Assembly (NCBI GenBank): GCA_964631145.1
Contig: CAZVXT010000002.1
Location: 65,140 to 129,139 of the forward strand
Reading direction: 5' to 3'
DNA length: 64,000 bases
DNA from: an uncultured Candidatus Saccharibacteria bacterium
GTDB lineage: Bacteria > Patescibacteriota > Doudnabacteria > UBA920
Shown here: positions 18,285-26,638 of the stretch, in pieces
Position numbering within the stretch: position 1 is the first letter of the stretch
Layout: the number at the start of each line of letters is the position of its first letter
The notes under the pieces: model-generated
The model's database searches: none
What the model saw: the letters and a program-made list of their open reading frames with translations, nothing else
Told to the model about the DNA's origin: nothing
Translations under genes and position numbers: made by a program

Positions 18285-18694
18285 TCGTTCGGAGAATTAC
18301 TAAACTTTTGATTGTAGGTTCGTATCTCAACAAGTAAATGGTTTTCCATAAGGTCAACCAACACACCGAGGTCGCCCGCGTTTCTACTTAAGCGATCTGG
18401 ATTCCATGTGAGAATCGCATTGTATTTACCAGCTCTTAATTCTTCAATCATTTGATTAAAGACAGGTCGTTGTCCAGAATTTTTTGCAGAGTGAGCTTCT
18501 TTTCGCACTGTGGCGATATGGAGGTTATCTCGTTCTGCTATTTGCTTCATTTCTTTAAGCTGTGAATCAATAGACAAAGCTTGTCTTTCTTCATCTTCCA
18601 TTGATTTACGAGCATACAAACAGTATCTAATATCGGGAAGGGGTTTATTTGGTAAGGTCGCCTTTCCCTCAGACCTTTTATTTATATTATTCAT
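18285..18694 (-). pseudogene. serine recombinase N-terminal catalytic domain, truncated at a palindromic junction (the track ORF 18209-18694 reads through the junction into the other arm)
   Basis: YARKSMEDEERQALSIDSQ catalytic-serine motif; homology ends at NEKFLVR, where a perfect 24-bp palindrome ccgaacgagaaatttctcgttcgg (18265-18288) joins the arms. Confidence 0.6.
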
Positions 18695-18806
18695 ATACTC
18701 AAACTCTCATTGAAAAGAAAGTTTGAGTCAAACAAAAAAGAACGATCGAGTCGTTCTTTTTTGTCTAAACCCTAGCTTTGTGGGTCACAAAACTAACAGG
18801 TTTTCC

Positions 18807-18900
<94 letters not shown>

Positions 18901-18990
18901 TAAATACTTATATATTTTAGCCGTTATTTTGAGTAAGGTCAATAACTCTTATAAATAGGTGGGAGTGTGTTTATTTAGAGCTCTGACAAA

Positions 18991-19680
18991 TTAATCTTGG
19001 GCAAGAGCAAGACACCAGACCCTCTTTACGCCTGATTGCTTAAGTATTTTTGTGCATTCTAAAAGTGTGCTGCCTGTTGTGATAACATCATCTATCAATA
19101 GGACAAATGAAGGCATGTTGTATTTGGGATTAATAGTAAATGAATTTAAAAGATTGTTTAATCTTTCAGCTTTGCTGAGATCTTTTTGTGATCTCGACTG
19201 CCTCTTTTTAATTAGCAATTCTAAATTATAAAGCTTGAAAAATTTAGATATTGCTTGGCTTATAATAGTACTTTGATTAAATCCTCTAGATTTTAAACTT
19301 CCCTTGGTCATAGGGATGGGGCAAATTGTAAGATGGGGGAGGCTTAGGGTTTTTAGCCGCATTAGAGTAAGTTCGATAAACACATCTTTTAGGTATCTGA
19401 ACTTGGCTCCATTAATTGCTGCTTTAATAATACTATCTTTGTAGGAATAAATAGTAATTAAGCGTTCAGGTGATTGAGATGATTTGCAAGTTTGGTGCGT
19501 GTAACCATCAATGCTTAGTTTGCTACATATTATACATTTTTGTTGAGGTTGTGGTTCAATTGTGTTAATACAATCTTTACAAAAATATAAATCTATAATT
19601 CCACAGCCAAAACAATATTTAGGGAAAATTAAATTTTTAACATAATCTATTGCTTTCATTCTTGTATTGTAAGCGATCAA
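18991..19680 (-). CDS. comF: ComF-family protein (double zinc ribbon plus phosphoribosyltransferase domain)
   Basis: CFGCG...CKDC...CIICS...C; PRTase motif VLLIDDVITTGSTL. Confidence 0.75.
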   Translation of the reverse strand: MIAYNTRMKAIDYVKNLIFPKYCFGCGIIDLYFCKDCINTIEPQPQQKCIICSKLSIDGYTHQTCKSSQSPERLITIYSYKDSIIKAAINGAKFRYLKDVFIELTLMRLKTLSLPHLTICPIPMTKGSLKSRGFNQSTIISQAISKFFKLYNLELLIKKRQSRSQKDLSKAERLNNLLNSFTINPKYNMPSFVLLIDDVITTGSTLLECTKILKQSGVKRVWCLALAQD

Positions 19681-19755
19681 TATTCAAGTATTTTTAAAGT
19701 CTGGATAACAAAAAAGACGTTATTAACAAACATCTTTTTTATCAAACTAATTTCT

Positions 19756-22296
19756 TTATGCTACAGCTACTGTATTGGTCTTATTCTGGGTAATTGTTAG
19801 GGTGATTTGATTATTATTTACACCAAGCAAAATTTGAGAATTTTTTGTCATATTCTCACTGAGAATTTTTTCTGCTAATGGATCGCTAATCAAATCTTGA
19901 ATATTTTTTCGGATAAATCTTGCTCCTTGCATTGGGTCAAAACTTTTTTCTGTTATAAATTTTACAACAGCGGCAGTATATTTAAGATTGATATTTTGCA
20001 AGGCTAATCTTTTTTGCAAGTCAGATAATTGCAAGCTGGTGATTTTCTTAAGTTCTATGCTTGATAGTGGTTTAAAGATAATAATTTTATCTATACGGTT
20101 GAGAAATTCCGGACGCAAATCTCTCTTAAGTAAATCCATAACACCAGTTTTGATGCGCTCGTATTCTTTTTCTATTTTATGCTTTTCTAGTACTGTTTCG
20201 CTACTATCAGAAAAACCAATTTTGTTAGCTTGGGCATTAAGTTCTTGCATGCCCAAGTTAGATGTCATTATGATTACTGTGTTAGCAAAGTTTACTTTTT
20301 TGCCTTGCGCATCAGTTAATTGACCGTCTTCTAAAACTTGTAGAAGAATATTGAATACTTCAGGATGTGCTTTTTCGATTTCATCGAATAAAACGACCGC
20401 ATAAGGTTTGCGTCTTACAGCTTCGGTTAGCCTGCCGCCTTCTTCATAGCCGATATATCCTGCAGGGGCTCCAATTAATCGCGAAACATTGTGACGCTCC
20501 ATAAATTCTGACATATCTACGCGTATTAATGCATCACTGTCTCCAAATATTTCTTTAGCTATGGTTTTTGCAGTTTCTGTTTTACCTACACCTGTAGGTC
20601 CTAGAAACATAAACGAACCTAATGGTCTATTTGGATCAGATATTCCAGCTCTGCTTCTACGGATGGTTTTTGCTATTTCTGATACCGCCTCGTCTTGTCC
20701 TACGATTCGAGATTGTAAGACCTTTTCTAAATTAGATAGTTTGCCTATTTCTCCCGCAGTTAATCTTTGCAAAGGAATTTTAGTCATTATAGAAACTGTG
20801 TTAGCAATGTCATCAGCAGTAATAGAGTATACTGGACCTTTGTCTTTATTGTCTAAATTTTCTAATTCTTGTTTTTGAGATCGTAATTTTTCTTCTTGGG
20901 TGCGCAAATGTAATGCTGTAGTAAAGTCTTGAGATAATACGGCTTTGGCTTTTGCTTCTTCTAAAGCCTCTAGTTCTGATTCTACTTTACGTTTATTTTT
21001 AGCTAATTTGGAATTGCTATGGATGCTACGCAAAAAGGCTGCGGTTTCGTCTACCAAATCCACTGCTTTGTCAGGTAAAAAGTGATCTTGAATGTATCTA
21101 TCAGAAAGATCCACCGCTGCTTTAATTGCTTCGTCAGTGATTTTAACATTATGATGTTTTTCATAGTTTGGACGGATACCTTTAAGAATAGCAATGGATT
21201 CTTCTTTACTTGGTTCCTCGATTAAAATAGATTGAAAGCGACGTTCTAGAGCTGCATCGTGCTCTATGTGCTTTTTGTATTCTGCAAGAGTAGTTGCTCC
21301 AATCGTGCGAAGTTCTCCTCGTGCTAAAGCTGGCTTTAAGATATTAGCTGCATCTAAACTACCGGTGGTGGCACCTGCTCCAACCATTGTATGTAACTCG
21401 TCGATAAATAATATTACATTAGGGTTATTTTTGATTTCATCAATTATTTGCTTTAGACGGTTTTCAAATTCTCCGCGAAACATAGATCCTGCAACTACTA
21501 AAGCCAAATCTAGAGCCAAGATTTTCTTATCTAATAAATTGTCTGGAACATCACGGTTTGATATTGCTAAAGCTAATCCTTCAACAATTGCGGTTTTACC
21601 CACGCCTGCCTCACCAATTAGTACTGGATTGTTTTTTGTTCTACGACCTAAGATGCTAATCAAACGTTCAATTTCTTTTTTTCTACCGATTACGGGATCG
21701 ATTTTGCCATCTGCAGCTTTTTTGGTTAGGTCAGTTGTGTAATATTCTAAAGCTTGTCCCTTGCGGTTTTCTTGTATACCAGGATGCGCATGTCCTTCCA
21801 TACCAGAAGACATTGATCCTTCGTTAGGCATCTCTGGGAACTTAGAAATATTTTCGAATACAGCCATGAGGTTGTGTTCTATTTCGCTAATTTCGACACC
21901 AAGCTTGGATAAGATAATTCTAGCTTTATTATGATTTGTTGTTATTAAGCCATGAAGAAAATGTTCGGTGCCAATAAATTGATAGCCGTATTGGCTAGCA
22001 GTGATGGCTGACTTTTCTATTGCCGCTTTTAGATTTTCTGATAAAACTGGTTTCCAAGAATCAATCTCACTATTCTTATTTACTAAAATAGTTTCTGACT
22101 TGATTATTTCAGGGGAGAGGCGAGACTTAATAAGAATTTCTGCTGCAAATGAAGATTTTTCTGCTACAACACCAAAAAGCAAATGTTCTGTTCCGATATG
22201 GTCATGGTGAAGTTCTTCAGAAAGCATTTGCGCTGCAATAAGAGCATTTTTTGCTCTACTTGATAAACGTTCTAAAATAAATGCAAAGTTATTCAT
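19756..22296 (-). CDS. clpC: Clp ATPase, ClpC-type (two Clp_N repeats, two AAA+ modules, short middle domain)
   Basis: Walker A1 GEAGVGKTAIVEGLA at ~aa 229 and Walker A2 GPTGVGKTETAK at ~aa 566 (337-aa spacing, as in ClpC and unlike ClpB); KIGF loop. Confidence 0.8.
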   Translation of the reverse strand: MNNFAFILERLSSRAKNALIAAQMLSEELHHDHIGTEHLLFGVVAEKSSFAAEILIKSRLSPEIIKSETILVNKNSEIDSWKPVLSENLKAAIEKSAITASQYGYQFIGTEHFLHGLITTNHNKARIILSKLGVEISEIEHNLMAVFENISKFPEMPNEGSMSSGMEGHAHPGIQENRKGQALEYYTTDLTKKAADGKIDPVIGRKKEIERLISILGRRTKNNPVLIGEAGVGKTAIVEGLALAISNRDVPDNLLDKKILALDLALVVAGSMFRGEFENRLKQIIDEIKNNPNVILFIDELHTMVGAGATTGSLDAANILKPALARGELRTIGATTLAEYKKHIEHDAALERRFQSILIEEPSKEESIAILKGIRPNYEKHHNVKITDEAIKAAVDLSDRYIQDHFLPDKAVDLVDETAAFLRSIHSNSKLAKNKRKVESELEALEEAKAKAVLSQDFTTALHLRTQEEKLRSQKQELENLDNKDKGPVYSITADDIANTVSIMTKIPLQRLTAGEIGKLSNLEKVLQSRIVGQDEAVSEIAKTIRRSRAGISDPNRPLGSFMFLGPTGVGKTETAKTIAKEIFGDSDALIRVDMSEFMERHNVSRLIGAPAGYIGYEEGGRLTEAVRRKPYAVVLFDEIEKAHPEVFNILLQVLEDGQLTDAQGKKVNFANTVIIMTSNLGMQELNAQANKIGFSDSSETVLEKHKIEKEYERIKTGVMDLLKRDLRPEFLNRIDKIIIFKPLSSIELKKITSLQLSDLQKRLALQNINLKYTAAVVKFITEKSFDPMQGARFIRKNIQDLISDPLAEKILSENMTKNSQILLGVNNNQITLTITQNKTNTVAVA

Positions 22297-22419
22297 ATGT
22301 ATATTTGTGTATTAATTCAAAATCGCTCGTGTTACCTGTAGTGTATATCTAATTAAACGATCTAACTTCGGTTTTGTAACACTTTGAATTTGAAATTTTT
22401 GCTTATGCAAAGTTGTCAA

Positions 22420-22446
22420 TTAGCACTCTAATAACTAGACTGCTAA
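22420..22446. promoter_or_regulatory. CIRCE element (HrcA operator) upstream of the Clp ATPase gene
   Basis: TTAGCACTC-N9-GACTGCTAA against the consensus TTAGCACTC-N9-GAGTGCTAA; one mismatch. Confidence 0.6.
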
Positions 22447-22575
22447 TTTATTTATAAACCAATTCAGAGCTTATGTCAAGATCTAAACGCTATAAACAGA
22501 TTTTTTATTTAACCGATTATGCTAATCTTTATATAGTACTTCTATTGTAGCATTTTTAGTTAAACTTTTAATAAA

Positions 22576-23058
22576 ATGTTTAAGAAATCCAAACCGCTAA
22601 AAGATCCAACAGATTATGATCATGCATATAATTATGCTTTATTTTTGTTAAATTTAAGTATGCGAACTACCGGAGAAATAAAAGATAAAATGCGTAAGAG
22701 AGGTTATATAGATTCTGTTATAAATAAAGTTTTGACAGTCTTAGAAGAGAGCAAATATGTTGATGATAATTATTATGCTGAAGTTTTTATTAATAATGCT
22801 AAAAGTTTTAAAAATTGGGGAAAATATAATATTAGGCAAAAAATGTTTGAGAAGAAATTACCAGTAGAATTGATTGAGCAACAATTGTCTCAATTTTTAT
22901 CAGAAAATGATGAAATCGAAATTGCTACAAAATATGTAACTAAGAATTTTGGCAGCCTCGAAGATGTTAAAAACTTAGAATATAAAGATAAGCAAAAAAT
23001 TTATAACCGTTTATCGGCAAGAGGTTTTGGGTTAGATATCATAAAGCAGATAATTTAA
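22576..23058 (+). CDS. recX: RecX-like regulatory protein
   Basis: Three-helix-repeat pattern (YALFLLNLSMRT...KMRKRGY...VINKVLTVLEE). Confidence 0.5.
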   Translation: MFKKSKPLKDPTDYDHAYNYALFLLNLSMRTTGEIKDKMRKRGYIDSVINKVLTVLEESKYVDDNYYAEVFINNAKSFKNWGKYNIRQKMFEKKLPVELIEQQLSQFLSENDEIEIATKYVTKNFGSLEDVKNLEYKDKQKIYNRLSARGFGLDIIKQII

Positions 23059-23079
23059 AAAAGATAACACATCAGCGTG

Positions 23080-23406
23080 TTATCTTTTCATTATAAATAT
23101 TATCAATACGAGTAACTTAAATAAATTAAATTGATATTGTTGAATCTTTAATCCTCCCATAAATTTAGTTTTGCACAAATTTACCTTATTTTTTAAGTTA
23201 TCTATCTGTTCTGTTGTAACACTAGGTTGATTTTCATAAAAAGTAACTTCTTTTCGTAATTCAGAAATTTCTTGGTTTAACAATATTAAATTTAATTTTA
23301 AAGCCATCGATGTTTGAATGATTTTTAGCATTATTAAATAGTATATTCTAAACATTTTTCCTCCTAAATTATTTTTTATTTTCTCACGCGTGTAATAAAA
23401 AAGCAA
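23080..23406 (-). CDS. hypothetical protein
   Basis: ORF track only. Confidence 0.3.
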   Translation of the reverse strand: MLFYYTREKIKNNLGGKMFRIYYLIMLKIIQTSMALKLNLILLNQEISELRKEVTFYENQPSVTTEQIDNLKNKVNLCKTKFMGGLKIQQYQFNLFKLLVLIIFIMKR

Positions 23407-23418
23407 GATAGTGCTTGC

Positions 23419-23730
23419 TTAGTTTATACTATCAAAATGCTCTATTGTATCTGTTGTTCTATCGTTTTTATATATAAATATGGCATCTAAAGCTTTATTT
23501 AAATTTCTGCGCTCTGGTTCTGTGTCTGTTGAAAAATCCTTAGGGTCTCCAGCTAGCAAAGGTTCTAATATGGCATCTAGCTGCTCTTCGATTTTATCCA
23601 ATTCGGACAGTGAATATTTTTCATTTTCTACATCTTGCACAAATTGGTTTAGCTTTTGTTCGTCCATGTGCCAGTTTTCTGTAAAAAAGTCTTCATTAGC
23701 TTCTGGGTTATATTTTTGATATTCGCTCAT
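23419..23730 (-). CDS. hypothetical acidic protein
   Basis: ORF track; tightly linked upstream of htpX. Confidence 0.35.
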   Translation of the reverse strand: MSEYQKYNPEANEDFFTENWHMDEQKLNQFVQDVENEKYSLSELDKIEEQLDAILEPLLAGDPKDFSTDTEPERRNLNKALDAIFIYKNDRTTDTIEHFDSIN

Positions 23731-23734
23731 ATTT

Positions 23735-24643
23735 TTATAGGTTCATTTCTCTTAGACGTTTAATCCTATCCTCAATAGGCGGGTGGGTATTAAATAAATT
23801 TGCTAGCCAGCTAGTTGATTGCTTTCCTTCTGTATCTTTAAAAGGATTTGCAATATATAGATGCGCAGTAGCTTTATTTGCAGCTTCTAGTGGTTCCCGG
23901 TCGTTAGAAATTTTTTCTAATGCAGATGCTAGTCCTTCTGGGTAGCGAGTAAGTAGGGCTCCAGAAGCATCAGCAAGATATTCTCGTTTTCTGCTCACTG
24001 CAAGTTTTATTAAGGTTGCAATAATAGGAGAGAGTATTGCTAGGGCTATGCCCAAGATGAAGAAAATTGGATTACCTCCATTATTATCATTATTTTTACG
24101 ACCTCCTCCAAAGAAAGAAAATCTAAGCATCCAATCTGCGAGTAAAGTAACTGTTCCTACCAAAACTACAACTAAGGACATAAAACGGATATCATAATTT
24201 CCGATGTGTGAAAGCTCGTGAGCTAACACTCCTTCCATTTCGGTTTTGTTAAGTCTCGCGAGTATGCCAGTTGTTACACACACAACTGCATTTTTAGGAT
24301 TTCTTCCTGTGGCAAATGCATTCATTGCACTATCTTCTATAATATAAACTTTAGGCATTGGTAGTCCAGCCGTGATAGTTAGGTTTTCTACTAATCTGTA
24401 AAGTTCTGGATGTGACTTTAGGTCTATTTCTTTTGCACCAGACATCGCTAAAGTGATTTTGTCAGAAAAGAAATAGGATATTAATGCAGATATGCTACTA
24501 AATATAACAGCTATAAATAGCATTTCTGGTGTCTGATAAATTTGCGATAAAACAAATCCAATTGCGATAATAAATATCAAAAAGCCAAACACTAAAAGTG
24601 CCGAATAAGCTTTATTTTTTGATATTTCGGTATAGGTAAGCAT
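23735..24643 (-). CDS. htpX: zinc metalloprotease HtpX (M48)
   Basis: HELSHIGNYD HExxH motif; N-terminal TM helices. Confidence 0.85.
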   Translation of the reverse strand: MLTYTEISKNKAYSALLVFGFLIFIIAIGFVLSQIYQTPEMLFIAVIFSSISALISYFFSDKITLAMSGAKEIDLKSHPELYRLVENLTITAGLPMPKVYIIEDSAMNAFATGRNPKNAVVCVTTGILARLNKTEMEGVLAHELSHIGNYDIRFMSLVVVLVGTVTLLADWMLRFSFFGGGRKNNDNNGGNPIFFILGIALAILSPIIATLIKLAVSRKREYLADASGALLTRYPEGLASALEKISNDREPLEAANKATAHLYIANPFKDTEGKQSTSWLANLFNTHPPIEDRIKRLREMNL

Positions 24644-24664
24644 TAATAGTAGGAATGATTTTGG

Positions 24665-25216
24665 TTAAAACTTTACTTCAACATTTTGGCTTTCTGGACC
24701 ATTGTCATCAATATCAAACAATGCTTTTTTGGTAAAACCTAACATTGAAGCAAATAAGTTAGTAGGGAAAACTTCAATTTTGGTATTAAAGTCGCGCACA
24801 TTGCCATTATAAAATCGTCGTGCTGCTTGAATTTTGTTTTCTGTATCTGCTAAGTCATTTTGCAATTGCAAAAAGTTAGTGTTTGATTTTAGATCAGGAT
24901 AGTTTTCTGATACAGCAAACAAAGTTTTTAAAGTACCAGATAAAGCATTTTCATCTTGTTGTTTTTCCTGAATGGTTTGCGCGCCCATTGCATTGGTGCG
25001 AGCTTCGGTAACTTTTTGAAGTACAGAAGATTCTTGTGTTGCAAAACCTTTTACTGTATTTACTAAGTTTGGAATCAAGTCATAACGACGCTTAAGCTGA
25101 ACTTCAATATCACTCCAAGCTTCTTCAACTTGATTCTTTGATTTGATTAAAGAGTTGTATACGCCAATTACCGCAAGGGCGATAACTACAACAATGGCAA
25201 TAAAAATCCATGGCAT
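24665..25216 (-). CDS. lemA: LemA family protein
   Basis: N-terminal TM helix plus the LemA signature (YNSLIKSKNQVEEAWSDIEVQLKRRYDLIPNLV). Confidence 0.8.
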   Translation of the reverse strand: MPWIFIAIVVVIALAVIGVYNSLIKSKNQVEEAWSDIEVQLKRRYDLIPNLVNTVKGFATQESSVLQKVTEARTNAMGAQTIQEKQQDENALSGTLKTLFAVSENYPDLKSNTNFLQLQNDLADTENKIQAARRFYNGNVRDFNTKIEVFPTNLFASMLGFTKKALFDIDDNGPESQNVEVKF

Positions 25217-25304
25217 AAAATTTTGTCTATAATTTAATAATGCTAAACTTGTATATATATTAGCTCAAAAATATAAATTTGGCTACTTAATGTGGATAAT
25301 CTAA

Positions 25305-25333
25305 TTTGACATATTTTTTAGCAAACAATATAA
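25305..25333 (+). promoter_or_regulatory. consensus sigma70 promoter TTGACA-N17-TATAAT
   Basis: ttgaca (25305-25310), a 17-nt spacer, and tataat (25328-25333), all exact. Confidence 0.5.
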
Positions 25334-25542
25334 TTTATTTAACTTATGAGAACTAACTGGTATCAAATTCGTATTTTGTGCACCAAGGCCATTTTTATGG
25401 TCATTTTGCCTTTGCGACTTGAAGCAGTTAGAGCTTAAGAAGTTTTTAATAAAAACATTTCAAACTCACTGCCACTAGTCCAAAAGGCTAATCAGTGAGT
25501 TTTTTTGTTTCAATAAATAAAATAAATGGAGGATTGAAGTTT

Positions 25543-25980
25543 ATGACAGAATATTTTTATTATTGGGGCAGGGAAATCCCGGTAAATTCTAGCGATCATT
25601 ATTTACGAACAAAAGCATTAGAAATATCCGTAGATAAAAAGATGGATGAGTATGAGGTCTTTGAGCAATTAGTTTCTTTGCGAAATAAACATCAACAAGC
25701 AAATTCACAAAATTCTAAACCGTTTTTTAGAACACATAAATGCTTTATGGAATATTGCGAGATGTGTGGAAAATTTGAAGTAGATGAACATGTTGCCTGC
25801 GAAATAGATGAAACTTCTTTTGGCGGAGACATAGTGCAAAAGATGCTAAAAAAGACTACATCAGATAATGATTCAGTAGAGGTAAAAGAAGAAAAATTCC
25901 CTGCTTTTGCGGCTCCGCCAGAATTTTTTACTGGCAAGAATTTGTCCCATGAATTTGAGGAAGGATATGCTATTTCATGA
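25543..25980 (+). CDS. hypothetical protein
   Basis: ATG at 25543 preceded by a ggagg RBS at 25528-25532; the track ORF begins earlier, at 25495. Confidence 0.4.
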   Translation: MTEYFYYWGREIPVNSSDHYLRTKALEISVDKKMDEYEVFEQLVSLRNKHQQANSQNSKPFFRTHKCFMEYCEMCGKFEVDEHVACEIDETSFGGDIVQKMLKKTTSDNDSVEVKEEKFPAFAAPPEFFTGKNLSHEFEEGYAIS

Positions 25981-26062
25981 ATTAAACTTCTTATATATTT
26001 ATGTGGCTTTAGGATAACTAAAGCCGCTTTTCTTTTTGTTCAGTTTTAATTATAATATCTAT

Positions 26063-26347
26063 ATGTTAACTACTGATGAAGTAAAAAAAGTTGCCACTTT
26101 AGCACGAATTGAGCTAAGAGAAGGTGAAGTGGAAAAATACCAAAAAGAGCTTTCTTCTATAATAGATTATGTAGAGCAGCTTAAAGAAGTAGATACTGAA
26201 GGTTTAGAAATCGTTTCTTCGGTAACCGGTCTTAGTAATGTTACTCGTCCAGATAAGCCAGTTTTGATTAAGTATCAAGAAGATATTTTGAACAATGCGC
26301 CGGCTACTAAGGACGGATATTACAAAGTAAAAAGCATTTTGAATTAA
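26063..26347 (+). CDS. gatC: Asp/Glu-tRNA amidotransferase subunit C
   Basis: LTTDEVKKVATLARIEL...YVEQL GatC signature; lies upstream of gatA and gatB. Confidence 0.8.
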   Translation: MLTTDEVKKVATLARIELREGEVEKYQKELSSIIDYVEQLKEVDTEGLEIVSSVTGLSNVTRPDKPVLIKYQEDILNNAPATKDGYYKVKSILN

Positions 26348-26491
26348 GCCTAAAATTTAGACTATTTCTGCGTCAAAATTTCCGTACTCCCTTCATCGTA
26401 CGTTTATTATGGTTCGCTCGTTGCTCAATTTTTACTTGAACTAGACTAAATTTAAGATTTAATTTATTTATCTTGAGAGAATAATTTATCC

Positions 26492-26578
26492 AACTTCTTC
26501 GTTAAAATGCTCCGGTAAATTTTCACCGTAACAATTATTACGGCTCAAATTATCCTCACATTTTGCCTCAAATTTGAA
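26492..26578. repeat. ~85-bp intergenic repeat element, copy 1 (downstream of gatC)
   Basis: ~90% identical to 36810-36896; contains the ccgtaa-caatta-ttacgg hairpin. Confidence 0.6.
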
Positions 26579-26638
26579 TAAATTCTTCTACTCAGTTTAT
26601 AATCGCAGTACATAGAAATTATTTTTGAAACTATATTA

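Larger units (their letters stand above)
13810..18806. mobile_element. ~5-kb horizontally acquired GC-rich island inserted at a tRNA-Ser, carrying a DGR and serine-recombinase remnants
   Basis: Flanked by the 22-bp tRNA 3'-end direct repeat; ~50% GC against ~32% in the flanks; recombinase remnants adjacent to the intact tRNA. Confidence 0.6.
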
